This document shows positions 10,353-20,485 of a stretch of DNA of 64,000 bases, piece by piece. Under the pieces are notes generated by a model. It was not told the origin of the DNA. It searched no databases and worked only from the letters and a program-made list of their open reading frames with translations. The translations under genes and the position numbers were made by a program. Source of the stretch: Candidatus Latescibacterota bacterium (GTDB lineage: Bacteria; Latescibacterota; UBA2968); contig OZ240241.1 of NCBI GenBank assembly GCA_965198115.1, forward strand, positions 7,904,001 to 7,968,000, written 5' to 3'. Positions within the stretch are counted from its first letter, which is position 1, and every line of letters starts with the position of its first letter.

Positions 10353-10555
10353 CAGAAACCTGCTACTGACTTGATTCTACTGTTCAGCCCCGGGTTCCCG
10401 TGCCCAGAAAAGAACCTCACATTTTCTCGAACGAAGTGAATGGCCCGCCGCTCAGGAATCATCCCGAGATCCCGAGCTCGCATAACGTTCAGCAGGTCCA
10501 GACCCTTCACAAATCCATACTTCTTTACCAAATCCTCTGAGTGGTATCGAACCAT
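10352..10555 (-). CDS. small protein (67 aa), homologous to 5562-5744
   Basis: AGGAGG SD; MVRYHSEDLVKKYGFVKGLDLLNVM...; terminator directly after the stop. Confidence 0.75.
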   Translation of the reverse strand: MVRYHSEDLVKKYGFVKGLDLLNVMRARDLGMIPERRAIHFVRENVRFFSGHGNPGLNSRIKSVAGF

Positions 10556-10768
10556 AACCCCCTCCTAGCGTCGCTAATTTGGTGGGGAGGTTTGTTCCCT
10601 TTTGGGAAAGCATCTCTGGGCTCTCGAATCACGCGACAATCGAACGACCTCGTCACCTCCTGTGGTTGCCTCACCGAGGCCACATTGCCGGTCCCAGCAT
10701 TGCCGCTCCGTTCTCGGGCGAAGGGGCAACGTGAAAGCATTCAGAAACGCTCAGGCATTATGCAATAG

Positions 10769-10948
10769 TCATAGCCCTCCAACTGAAGAAGCCAGGTCGA
10801 GCTTGAGACGGGACCGAAATGAAAACAGGTCCTTCTTGGACGGGAGGATCTTCCGATGATCCGCCCCCGATCCGAGGACCTGAAACAAATTCGGCCCATG
10901 CGCATAACGCCGACCCGGGCTGAAGGTGTGAACATCCTGTTTAACCAT
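10769..10948 (-). CDS. hypothetical small ORF (59 aa)
   Basis: Purine-rich SD-like AAGAGGG before the ATG; no recognisable motif. Confidence 0.3.
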   Translation of the reverse strand: MVKQDVHTFSPGRRYAHGPNLFQVLGSGADHRKILPSKKDLFSFRSRLKLDLASSVGGL

Positions 10949-10983
10949 CTTTGCCCTCCTTGGCAAATGGTTGGTGGTAACTA

Positions 10984-11003
10984 ATACTACCGAGTTGTAG
11001 TAT
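10984..11003. promoter_or_regulatory. inverted repeat, candidate operator
   Basis: ATACTAC-N6-GTAGTAT, a perfect AT-rich dyad in an intergenic region. Confidence 0.45.
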
Positions 11004-11053
11004 CGGTGCTTCAGCCAAAAGCTTTAGGAATTGTGTCCACCTCTGGAGGGGAC

Positions 11054-12250
11054 TCAGATCGCGTCGGCAAGCCAGAAAAACGGTTCCCCAGGCGGAAAAG
11101 CGGCGTTCAGCATCGCAACCGAGCGGGCGTCACCACCCCGTCTTTCCACCATCTCGCCGACTGAATCCCTGCCCAAGAGAGCGCGAATCAAACCCGATTT
11201 CGGGGACGTAGATCCCTTCTTCCCTCTCGGAACCCCCTCCGAACCGCTCCCGCACGACGTCGACGGACCCCCCCAAACGCACGTCGAACCCGCCCAGGGC
11301 GAGCCGGATCGGGGTGGCCATCTCTGTTTCCACGAGCCGGCGCTCGATGGCCGGGCCAATAAGGGCAAATACCGCGGCGGTATCGATAGACTTGATCAGG
11401 TATTCGGGGTTCGGCGTCGGGTCTCCACGCTCCCACGCCAGCGCCACGGGATGCCTCGACGGCAGCCTCACGTCGAGGTGGGAGGCCCCCAGTTCGGCGG
11501 CATAGGCGCGCAGGTCGTCGAGCAACGCACCAGGCTGTCTCGCACCCGCCTCGTAAACCACCACAACGTCGCCGCCCACCGCGATTCTCGCGTATCCGTC
11601 TTCGCCCACGACGACACGATCGATCTCGGTCGTGAACCCGATCATGCGCTCGTTCGTGCGTATGAGCCGACCCGGATGGCCAGTTTCGAGCAGCCACCGC
11701 CAGCGTTCCCGGGTCGGAGTCACGGCGCCCGATGGGACGTGAGATTCGGACCACTCCGTCAGCCGATCGACATCCTCGATCGACGCCTCACGGAAGGTCG
11801 TCGGTCTGATCGCCGAAACGGGAACGCGCTGCGTCACGTCCACGTAGCCGTCGATGTATCCAAACCGACTGTAGTAGGAGAGTGCTCCGGCCAGTTGAGT
11901 CACCAATGCACCATCGGATCGCGCCGCCCCTTCCACGTCCCGGATCAGCGCGCCTCCGACGCCGACCCCGCGCCAGTCGGGCGCCACAACCACCATGCCG
12001 ATGAGCGCGCCGGGGACATCGCATCCGGCGATCCGCAGGGGGCGTGGCGCATAGAGCGCGTGGCCGATCACACGCCCCTCGTTCACAGCGACACGCGAGC
12101 ACGCTTCACCCACGGCGGAATCACGGTCCAAAAGGTCGCGTAAAGCCGACTGAAGGCCGCCCCGACACCCGGACGAACCTCGAATTCCGTCCTCAGGAGT
12201 GTACGTACTGCTTCGCGCTCCTGTTCACCCTGGAAAGCACGCAGGTCCAC
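11054..12250 (-). pseudogene. Eis-like GNAT acetyltransferase with two frameshifts (possibly sequencing indels)
   Basis: GNAT motif VVVAPDWRGVGVG. Coding continues across frame changes near 12132 and 11190, both at short homopolymers. Confidence 0.7.
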
Positions 12251-12305
12251 GTCACTGCGATCCCGATCGCACCATCGGTCAATGGTCACTGGTCAATATG
12301 CTGGG

Positions 12306-12794
12306 CTACCATCCACCGACCTGTGTCTTGTCCAGAACGTCCCCGGCCACCATCGTCATGGCCTCCCCCAGGGCTGCTTCCCTCACCACCTGCCGGTCGG
12401 CGCCGGCGCTGTAGATGCCGAACCCTCGCAGTCCCTTTTCCTCCCAGATCGATGTCTTCTCAGCCGTGTCGTAACAGGACATATCCACGAATATCACGAT
12501 GCGGAACTGCTCGTTCCCACCCTCTAGCGTGAAAGGCTGATCCCGAACCTGCGTGATCGTGCCCTTCAGCACGAGCTGGGCCTGATCCTCATCCAACACT
12601 CGCATCGCCCCGTTCGTCACGAAGGTCTGAATCAGAGTATCCGTCATGGCCTGCTGGAGCCCAGGTTCTAGACTCTCATTGTCGATCAGCGGGATGGCCA
12701 CGGAGCGATACGCGCCTCCGCCCGACGCCGATGTCGAATAGTGCGCGCATCCGCAGGCTAGACCCAACCACACGATGGAGACCGCCCATTTCAT
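12306..12794 (-). CDS. LptE-like lipoprotein
   Basis: Lipobox LACGC; SVAIPLIDNESLEPGL...LVLKGTI pattern of the LptE family. Confidence 0.7.
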   Translation of the reverse strand: MKWAVSIVWLGLACGCAHYSTSASGGGAYRSVAIPLIDNESLEPGLQQAMTDTLIQTFVTNGAMRVLDEDQAQLVLKGTITQVRDQPFTLEGGNEQFRIVIFVDMSCYDTAEKTSIWEEKGLRGFGIYSAGADRQVVREAALGEAMTMVAGDVLDKTQVGGW

Positions 12795-13171
12795 TCGGCA
12801 GGCGTCTCCGAATCGTCTTTACCCTCCGCGTCTTCCGCCTCATCTGCCTCGTCGCCATCTTCGTTCTGATCGCCCTCCGTCGCTTCGGATGTCTCTTTCT
12901 TCGTTTCGTCCACGTAATTCATCCGCAACTCGAACAGGGCGTGGTCCAGAAGCTGCCGTTCCTGATCGTTCAGATTCCCGGTCGTCTTCGATTCGATCAT
13001 CGCCAGCAGATCGATAAAATTCTTGGCTTGACCCAGGTCCCTTTCGACTTGCTGCGTCACCGGGTTCGAGACCTTTCCCAGCTGTTGCATCGCCATGCCC
13101 TGGAACATCATCACCAGCTGCATGAACAGCAATTCGTTGTGCTGGGCTTCCGAAATCGACTCTTCGGCCAT
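12791..13171 (-). CDS. DUF1844 family protein
   Basis: QLGKVSNP...AKNFIDLLAMIESKTTGNL...LFELRMNYV. Confidence 0.85.
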   Translation of the reverse strand: MAEESISEAQHNELLFMQLVMMFQGMAMQQLGKVSNPVTQQVERDLGQAKNFIDLLAMIESKTTGNLNDQERQLLDHALFELRMNYVDETKKETSEATEGDQNEDGDEADEAEDAEGKDDSETPAE

Positions 13172-13274
13172 CGCTCCGCACCTCCTGATTACAAGAACGG
13201 ATCTTCCGCATGCCTTTCGCTGTGTTGCCAGGTTTCGCGGGGTCGACCCTTCTCAATTGACCTATAGTGTGGGT

Positions 13275-15425
13275 ATGTTGCTCAGCGAAAAGACGTCGAT
13301 CGATCGAGCCACGTGGCTGAAACTAATCGGGCCCTCGAAGGGTGTCAAGATCGTGACCGCACTTCTCATAGTCATCACGACGGTCACCGCCCAGCCGTCC
13401 GAACAGAAGGTGACCGTCCACCGCGATGGCTGGGGCGTGCCCCACATCTACGGCGACTCGGACCGCGCAGTGGCGTTCGGATTCGGATACGCCCAGGCCG
13501 AGGACCGGCTCGAAGCCCTGCTCGAGAATTACCTCACTGCGACCGGCCGGCGGGCGGCCGCCTTCGGTCCCTCCGAGGTGGACACCGACTTCGCGCAACA
13601 CCTCTGGGGGCACGCGGAGGCCGCTCGTCACGCCGCGCCCTCACAGCCACCCGATACCGTCGACCTCCTCGGAGCCTTCGCGGCCGGCGTCCGGCAATAC
13701 CTGAGCGACTACCCCGAAAGAGCGCCAGCCTGGGCCTTCGCGCCCAGCGGCGAGCACGCCATCGCCCTATCCCGATACCTCGTCTGGCGAGATCTCATCG
13801 CACGAGCCGACCGCGAATTCGCACGACAGCCTGACCCCGGTCCGCTCGACACGGGCCACACCTTGTGGGCTCTCTCGCCCGAACGCACGGTCGACGATGG
13901 GGCGGTCCTGTGCGCCGATCCCGGAGGACCCTGGGCAAGCCCGCTCCGATATTACGAAGCACACCTCCACGGCGATCGCACGCACGCCTGGGGCCATACG
14001 GTCGTTGGACTCCCCGTCCTTCTGTTCGGTCACAATCGGACCCTCGGATGGGGCATCGGGTCGGCCGGCCCCGATGCAGCCGACGTCTACGAAATCGAAA
14101 TGAGATCGACTGCAGCGTCGACCTTCCTCTACGACGGCCGTGTCAGGAGGCTGGCCCTCGACACGCTCAGGATCGACGTTCGAACGGGCGACGCTCTCAC
14201 GTCGGTCACGCGATTCGCCCAACGGACGGAATACGGCCCGATCCTCCACAGGCGCAAGGCCTACGCCTACCGCATCGCAGCCGACGGAACGGGCGCCATC
14301 GATCAGCTGTATCGTATGATGGTGGCGTCCGATTTCGCCTCTTTCTACGAGACCCTCAAAAGCGCCCAGATCGGCTCTCGCTCCCTTCTCTACGCCGATC
14401 GCCGAGGACGCGTCCATTACCTGCAAACCGCGCCCACACCCATTCGGTCGGAGACCCAGGACTGGCATCTCCCCGTTGATGGAAATGCGTCCGACGCCGA
14501 CTGGCTCGGGTGGCACAATCAGAACGATCTCATCCAGATCGTCGACCCCGACGAGGGCTGGATCCGAGACATCGGAACTTCGCCGGACTTGCTGACTGCC
14601 GCCAGTCCAGCCGTCCCCGATCGATACCCGCCCTACATCTTCAACGCCACCCCTTCGCGGGACCCGCCTCGCTCCAGACGACTCGCTCAGATCCTCTCCG
14701 GCTACGGCGGATTCACGCTGCAGGAGGTGTTCGACCTCGTGTTCGACACCTACGTGGCTGACGCCCACCATTGGCAACGCGCCCTGGCCGACGCCTGGCA
14801 CACGGAAGGCCGATCGGAAACGGCGGACGAAGCCTACGCTCTGATCCAAAGTTGGAACGGGCACGCCGACGCGGACGAGCGGGGGTTAGCCATCTACCTG
14901 ACCTGGCGCGAAGCCTGCGACTCGCAGGGCCGGACCATCGACCCCTCGCGCGTCCTCACCCGCTCGCGCCAGTCACCCACGACAGCCGCCGCGTTGATCG
15001 CCGCCCTCGACCAGGCGCAGGAGACACATCGAAAACGATACGGCCGTCTGGACATCCCCTGGCGAGAGATCCATCGCTTCCGACGAGATGATCGTTCGTG
15101 GGGGCTGTCCGGTGTCGCTCACCCACACGCCCAATCTCTCCGACACACCAGCGTCTCGGTCGAAGGCGTCGTGGGCTACGGCAACCGTGGGCAGGCAGCG
15201 CCGACCGTCGTTCTCTTCCGGCCAGATCGGGTTGAAAGCTATACGTCCGCTCCCTTCGGACAGTCGGACCGGGCAAACAGCCCGCACCGCTGGGATCAAG
15301 CCGAGGCGCTCTACGCACAGAACCGCTTTCGTCGAACTCGTTTTGACGAAACAGAACACCTCAAAACGAAAAAGGTCCTGCACTTTCCGCAGGACCCTCC
15401 ACGATCGCCCCCCGACAAAGACTGA
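13275..15425 (+). CDS. penicillin acylase (Ntn hydrolase) family protein with degenerate catalytic motif
   Basis: RDGWGVPHIYG, GYAQAEDR, PFGQS...SPHRWDQ; the expected GSNxW reads GHTLW. Confidence 0.85.
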   Translation: MLLSEKTSIDRATWLKLIGPSKGVKIVTALLIVITTVTAQPSEQKVTVHRDGWGVPHIYGDSDRAVAFGFGYAQAEDRLEALLENYLTATGRRAAAFGPSEVDTDFAQHLWGHAEAARHAAPSQPPDTVDLLGAFAAGVRQYLSDYPERAPAWAFAPSGEHAIALSRYLVWRDLIARADREFARQPDPGPLDTGHTLWALSPERTVDDGAVLCADPGGPWASPLRYYEAHLHGDRTHAWGHTVVGLPVLLFGHNRTLGWGIGSAGPDAADVYEIEMRSTAASTFLYDGRVRRLALDTLRIDVRTGDALTSVTRFAQRTEYGPILHRRKAYAYRIAADGTGAIDQLYRMMVASDFASFYETLKSAQIGSRSLLYADRRGRVHYLQTAPTPIRSETQDWHLPVDGNASDADWLGWHNQNDLIQIVDPDEGWIRDIGTSPDLLTAASPAVPDRYPPYIFNATPSRDPPRSRRLAQILSGYGGFTLQEVFDLVFDTYVADAHHWQRALADAWHTEGRSETADEAYALIQSWNGHADADERGLAIYLTWREACDSQGRTIDPSRVLTRSRQSPTTAAALIAALDQAQETHRKRYGRLDIPWREIHRFRRDDRSWGLSGVAHPHAQSLRHTSVSVEGVVGYGNRGQAAPTVVLFRPDRVESYTSAPFGQSDRANSPHRWDQAEALYAQNRFRRTRFDETEHLKTKKVLHFPQDPPRSPPDKD

Positions 15426-15426
15426 A

Positions 15427-16059
15427 TCAGACCACCACACCGATTCCGACATCTTCCAGCCGTCGAAAAGTCGTGGCCTTGTCCGCCCATCCCTTCACGA
15501 GCCAGGCCTGCTCGTCCCCCCTCGTGAACACGAGACTCGGGAACTGACGAACGCCGAGGGAACGTCTCACATTGAACCCGTCCTGCAGCAATCCTTCCGC
15601 CTCGTCTGAAATCACATCGGCCATAAAACGATCCACGTCGAGCGACAGCCGTCCGGCCAGATCCGCCAGCGTGTCCAGGTCCGAAGGATTCCGCGCCTCC
15701 TGGTAGTAGGCGTGTTGAACCGCTTCGAACATATCCGTGATCGCGTCCTCTCGCTGCAGACCCGCGCAGATCACCCCCCGGCAGGCCGGGTAGGTCGACC
15801 GGCGGGGTTGGCACTTTTCCCAAAAATCCCAGTTGAACGATGCACCCGTCTGTTCCGTCACCGACCGCCACTGCCCTTGGATGTATTCTCTCGTTTCCTG
15901 CGGCATCGGCTCATCGCTGTCCTTGGCCAGCCCTCCCATCACGTAGACCAGAGGAACCTCGTTCGGGATCGCCTGCCTGACCGCCTCCAGCACCGGTGCG
16001 AACCCCCAGCACCAGGAGCACATCGGATCGCCTACATAGTAAATCCTACCGTCGCTCAT
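15427..16059 (-). CDS. DsbA-family thioredoxin-fold protein
   Basis: DPMCSWCWGF and GVRQFPSL (cis-Pro). Confidence 0.9.
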   Translation of the reverse strand: MSDGRIYYVGDPMCSWCWGFAPVLEAVRQAIPNEVPLVYVMGGLAKDSDEPMPQETREYIQGQWRSVTEQTGASFNWDFWEKCQPRRSTYPACRGVICAGLQREDAITDMFEAVQHAYYQEARNPSDLDTLADLAGRLSLDVDRFMADVISDEAEGLLQDGFNVRRSLGVRQFPSLVFTRGDEQAWLVKGWADKATTFRRLEDVGIGVVV

Positions 16060-16236
16060 CACGCCCTCCAAACCTCGGTCTCAGTCGTCAGACCTTAGTA
16101 TGGCCAAAAGTTCGTATTCCATCCACCCGCAAATCAAACGCTCCGGTACACAAAAACGCCCGATGAAAAATCCATCGAGCGAAGGAATCCTGAATCAGTA
16201 TCTGTCAGAGAAGCCATTGCCCCCGTCCACCGTCAA

Positions 16237-16263
16237 GAGCCTGCCCTGAGCGGAGTCGAAGGG
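16237..16263. repeat. REP-like element inside heptamer repeats
   Basis: GAGCCTGCCCTGAGCGGAGTCGAAGGG flanked by CCGTCCA/CCGTCAA units. Confidence 0.55.
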
Positions 16264-16308
16264 TCAACCGTCCACCGGCAACAACCCCAAGCGGCTCAGC
16301 CGCGAGGC

Positions 16309-17315
16309 CTAGACAAAATGGTCGTTCGACTCTCCTCTTACAATCGTGACCTGCCCGGCCTCTTCCAGTTGACGAACGGTCTGAACGACGCGCAATTGAA
16401 CTTCCTCCACGTCGCTCAAGCGAATCGGACCGGCAAAATCCATTTCCTCTTTCATCATCTGACCGACGCGATCCGACCGTTCGCGAAAACGCGTTCTTTC
16501 AGCTCGTCGTTCCCGCCCTTGAGCGCGATGGCGAGATCGTGGGAATCCACCTCGCGCAGAATCATCTGAATCTCGCGATCGGTCAGCTGGGCAATGTCGT
16601 CGAACACGAACATCTTGTTACGCACGTGCTCGGCCAATTCCGGGTCGTGTGCGTCCAGTCGCTCGAGCACCGCCTTCTCCGTCGTTCGGCCCGTTCGGTT
16701 CAGAATCTCCGCGACGGCCTTGGGCCCGCCGATCTCCGTCACCTGCCCCGACAGAATCGCTTCGAGTTCACCGGCGAGACTGTTTTCGAGGTCTCTCAAC
16801 ACTTGGGGAGAGATGTTCTCCATCTGCGCGATGCGAAGGGCCACGTCGGCCTGGAGCTCTTCGCGTAAACCGTTCAGGACACCCGCGGCCTGATTCACGT
16901 CCAGCTGTGAGAGGATCGGGGAAATCGTCTGTGGGTGCTCCTTGCAAACAAAAGGAATGATTTGGGCCGGGTCGACGTTGCGCAGCATGTAGAATCCACT
17001 CGCCGTCGTCGAGTTGACCCGGTCGAGCAGGTTTTGCGCCTTTCGAGGCCCGACGGCCAGTTCCAGGGCTCCCCGGGCGAAGTCCATGCCACCCTGGGAA
17101 ATGTATTGGCCGGCGATCAGCATCTGCTCGAACTCCTCGAGCACTTCGTCTTCCTGCTCCGTCGTCACGACATCGAGTTCGCTGATCGATTGGGCGATCT
17201 GCTCGATCTCGAAATCGGACATGTACTTCATCACCTCCGCGGTCGTCTCCTGACCCAGGGCGATCATCAGAACCGCCACTTTTTCTTTCGCTTCGAGACC
17301 TTCGGCTTCAGCCAC
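16309..17315 (-). pseudogene. fliG: flagellar motor switch protein FliG, orphan, with a 1-nt frameshift near 16474
   Basis: KVAVLMIALG, EHPQTI, MFVFDD; the C-terminus GPIRLSDVEEVQLRVVQTVRQLEEAGQVTI continues in another frame to TAG at 16309. Confidence 0.9.
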
Positions 17316-17401
17316 AGCGCACTCCTGATTCGGCAAGGGTGGGTGAATGCGGGAATCCCACGAAGAGCGTGAACCGAGTCCTCGAGGTCTGAAACCCACA
17401 A

Positions 17402-17417
17402 TGCAAAGCCTGTACCC
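17402..17417 (-). promoter_or_regulatory. sigma-54 -24/-12 promoter upstream of fliG
   Basis: Minus strand GGGTACAGGCTTTGCA (GG-N10-GC), about 87 bp before the start codon. Confidence 0.6.
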
Positions 17418-17676
17418 TCCTCAGCTAAGACGGGTACATCAGTTCATCTCATTGTTTTTAATTCATTTATGTGGATAGTCCCCCGGAGGCTGGGCCCATC
17501 TGCCGGACGAATTTTCCCCCTGATCCCCCAATCGACGCGCCAAAAGTGCTTGCCTCGGGCTCGAAGCGGTCTATTTTGGCCCTGCCTGCCTGCTAATTCT
17601 GCGCACACAGAACCATCCGAAACCGGCTTTCATCGCTCTGTGGAGCGATCGGACACACGTAACGGAGGACACACGC

Positions 17677-18141
17677 GTGAAGGTCGACATCACCATCAAC
17701 GGGGAGCATCACGTCCACGACGTGGAGCCACGTACCCTGCTGGTTCACCTGATCCGCGACGTCGTCGGGCTGACGGGAACCCACGTGGGGTGCGAAACGA
17801 GTCTGTGCGGCGCCTGCACCGTGCTGCTCAACGGGGAAGCCGTCAAATCCTGCACGATGCTGGCGGTCCAGGCGGACGGCCAGGAAGTCACGACGATCGA
17901 AGGTCTGGCCACCAACGGGGAACTCCACCCCGTCCAGGAGGGCTTCTGGGAGTGCCACGGCCTCCAATGCGGTTTCTGCACGCCGGGAATGATCATAACA
18001 GCTGTACAGCTCCTCGAGCGGAACAAGAGACCGACCGAAGCCGAAATCCGAAAAGGCATCGAGGGCAACCTGTGTCGCTGCACGGGTTACCAGCACATCA
18101 TCGACGCCGTCCAATACGCCGCCAAGAAGATGCGAGCCTGA
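17677..18141 (+). CDS. coxS: CODH/xanthine dehydrogenase family small [2Fe-2S] subunit
   Basis: [20 protein letters not shown]. Confidence 0.93.
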   Translation: MKVDITINGEHHVHDVEPRTLLVHLIRDVVGLTGTHVGCETSLCGACTVLLNGEAVKSCTMLAVQADGQEVTTIEGLATNGELHPVQEGFWECHGLQCGFCTPGMIITAVQLLERNKRPTEAEIRKGIEGNLCRCTGYQHIIDAVQYAAKKMRA

Positions 18142-18151
18142 GGAGGACGCC

Positions 18152-20485
18152 ATGCCAGTCAGCAAATCAGTCGGGGCCCGCATCAAGCGACGCGAGGATC
18201 CTCGTCTCATACAGGGCCTCGCCACGTATGTCGACGACCTTCAGATGCCGGGCATGTGCTACGTCGCGTTCGTCAGGAGCCCCCACGCACACGCGAAGAT
18301 TCAAAGCATCGACACCTCCGCGGCAGCCGATCTCGAGGGTGTCGTCGCCGTCGTCACGGGCGCTGACGTGAACCCGGACGTGGGCGGGGTTCCCTGTGCC
18401 GCAACTGACTTTCCGAACGTGCAGGTTCCCGAACATCCCGTCCTGGCCGAGGACAAGGTGCGGTTCGTCGGCGAACCGGTTGCCGCCGTGGTCGCCACTG
18501 ACCGTTACGTCGCCCAGGATGCCATCGATCTCGTCGAGGTGGACTATGACCCCCTCGAAGCGTTGGCCAACGCCGAAGCGGCCCTGGAACCGGACGCCGT
18601 CAAGATCTACGATCACTTCGAAAGCAACCAGGCGTTCACGTGGGATCTCGAGGGAGGCGACGTTGCTGCCGCGCTGAAAGACGCTGATCGGGTCATCACA
18701 CAGCGCTTTATTCACCAAAGACTTGCCCCCAATCCGTTGGAACCGCGCGGCGTCGCGGCCGATTACAACGCCGGGGACGACCAGCTCACGCTCTGGTCAT
18801 CCACCCAGATCCCCCACATCCTCCGTACGCAAATCGCGTTGATGCTGGGAATGAACGAGAACCGCGTCAGGGTGATTGCCCCCGAAGTCGGCGGTGGATT
18901 CGGATGTAAGCTCAACGTCTACGCAGAGGAGGCCATCCTCGGTCACCTCGCCCGGAAGCTTCAGCGCCCGGTCAAGTGGATGGAGAGCCGTCGCGAGAAC
19001 ATCCTTCACACGATCCACGGTCGCGACCAGTTCGGCGATGTCGAAGTCGGAGTGAAGAACGACGGCACCATCACGGGATTGAAATACACGGTCATCGCCG
19101 ACGTGGGAGCCTACTTCCAGCTCCTCACCCCCGCCATCCCGACACTCACAGGCCTGATGCTATGCGGCTGTTATCAGATCAGGAACGTGTCGATGCACCT
19201 CCGAGCGGCGTTCACGAACAAGATGTCCACCGACGCCTATCGTGGGGCGGGCAGGCCCGAAGCGACCTACATCGTCGAGCGCATCGTCGATTGCATTGCC
19301 GACGAGCTCGGGATGGATCCACTCGTGGTCCGACGGAAGAACTTCATCCAGAAGGAGGCCTTTCCGTATGAAACCGGAACCGGCCTCAGCTACGACAGCG
19401 GCAACTATACCATCGCGCTCGACAAGGCCCTGAAGACGGCGGACTACGAGGGGTTGCGGAAGAAACAGGCCGAGCTGCGTGAGCAGGGTCGCTATCTCGG
19501 CATCGGTCTGTCGACTTACGCCGAGATTTGTGGAATGGGGCCGTCAGCGGCCATGCCGGCTGGAGGATGGGAATCCGGCACGGTTCGCGTCGACCCGACT
19601 GGCAAGGTCACGGTACTGACGGGCATCAAGCCGCACGGTCAGGGCCAGGAAACGACATTCGCCCAACTCATCGCCGACGGCCTGGGTGTGGACGTCGACG
19701 ATGTCAAGATCGTCCACGGCGACACCGACTCGGTACAGTACGGAACGGGCACCTTCGGGAGCCGCGGAACAGCCGTCGGCGGCACCGCAATGATTATGGC
19801 GATGGACAAGGTGAAGGCCAAGGTCAAGAAGTTCGCGGCGCACATGCTCGAGGCCAACGTCGACGACATCGAACTCGAAGACAATCGTTACATCGTCAGA
19901 GGACACTCGGAGCAGGGTGTTTCGCTGATGGACGTCTCGCTCCACGCCCACCGCGGCATCGACATGCCTGAAGACACGGAGCCGGGACTCGCCGAGTCGC
20001 ACTTCTTCGAGCCGTCCAACTTCACGTATCCTTTCGGCACCCACATCGCCGTCGTCGAAGTCGACCGTGATACGGGCGAAGTCGATGTCCAACGCTATGT
20101 CGCCGTCGACGACGTGGGCAACATCATCAATCCGATGATCGTCGATGGCCAGATTCACGGAGGCATCGCCCAAGGTCTCGGTCAAGCGCTCTACGAGGAA
20201 GTCATCTACGACGAGGCGGGCCAGGTGCTAACCGGCACCCTCATGGATTACGCGTTGCCCAAGGCGCACAACTTCCCCCGCTTCGAACTCGACAACACCG
20301 TGACGCCGTCGCCCGTGAACCCGATGGGCGTCAAAGGGGTGGGCGAAGCGGGCACGATCGGGTCCACACCCGCCATCGCCAACGCGGTCATCGACGCACT
20401 CAAGCCCTTCGGTGTTCGGCACATCGACATGCCGCTTCGTCCCGAAAAACTCTGGCGCCTGATGAACGGAGGAGAATCGTCATGA
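18152..20485 (+). CDS. coxL: CODH-like (form II) molybdopterin large subunit
   Basis: VGGGFG, AYRGAGRPE (form II signature), KGVGEAG. Confidence 0.92.
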   Translation: MPVSKSVGARIKRREDPRLIQGLATYVDDLQMPGMCYVAFVRSPHAHAKIQSIDTSAAADLEGVVAVVTGADVNPDVGGVPCAATDFPNVQVPEHPVLAEDKVRFVGEPVAAVVATDRYVAQDAIDLVEVDYDPLEALANAEAALEPDAVKIYDHFESNQAFTWDLEGGDVAAALKDADRVITQRFIHQRLAPNPLEPRGVAADYNAGDDQLTLWSSTQIPHILRTQIALMLGMNENRVRVIAPEVGGGFGCKLNVYAEEAILGHLARKLQRPVKWMESRRENILHTIHGRDQFGDVEVGVKNDGTITGLKYTVIADVGAYFQLLTPAIPTLTGLMLCGCYQIRNVSMHLRAAFTNKMSTDAYRGAGRPEATYIVERIVDCIADELGMDPLVVRRKNFIQKEAFPYETGTGLSYDSGNYTIALDKALKTADYEGLRKKQAELREQGRYLGIGLSTYAEICGMGPSAAMPAGGWESGTVRVDPTGKVTVLTGIKPHGQGQETTFAQLIADGLGVDVDDVKIVHGDTDSVQYGTGTFGSRGTAVGGTAMIMAMDKVKAKVKKFAAHMLEANVDDIELEDNRYIVRGHSEQGVSLMDVSLHAHRGIDMPEDTEPGLAESHFFEPSNFTYPFGTHIAVVEVDRDTGEVDVQRYVAVDDVGNIINPMIVDGQIHGGIAQGLGQALYEEVIYDEAGQVLTGTLMDYALPKAHNFPRFELDNTVTPSPVNPMGVKGVGEAGTIGSTPAIANAVIDALKPFGVRHIDMPLRPEKLWRLMNGGESS

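Noticed and set aside
18152-20485. Bona fide aerobic CO dehydrogenase
   Set aside because: It lacks AYxCSFR, and both motif and gene order are form II.
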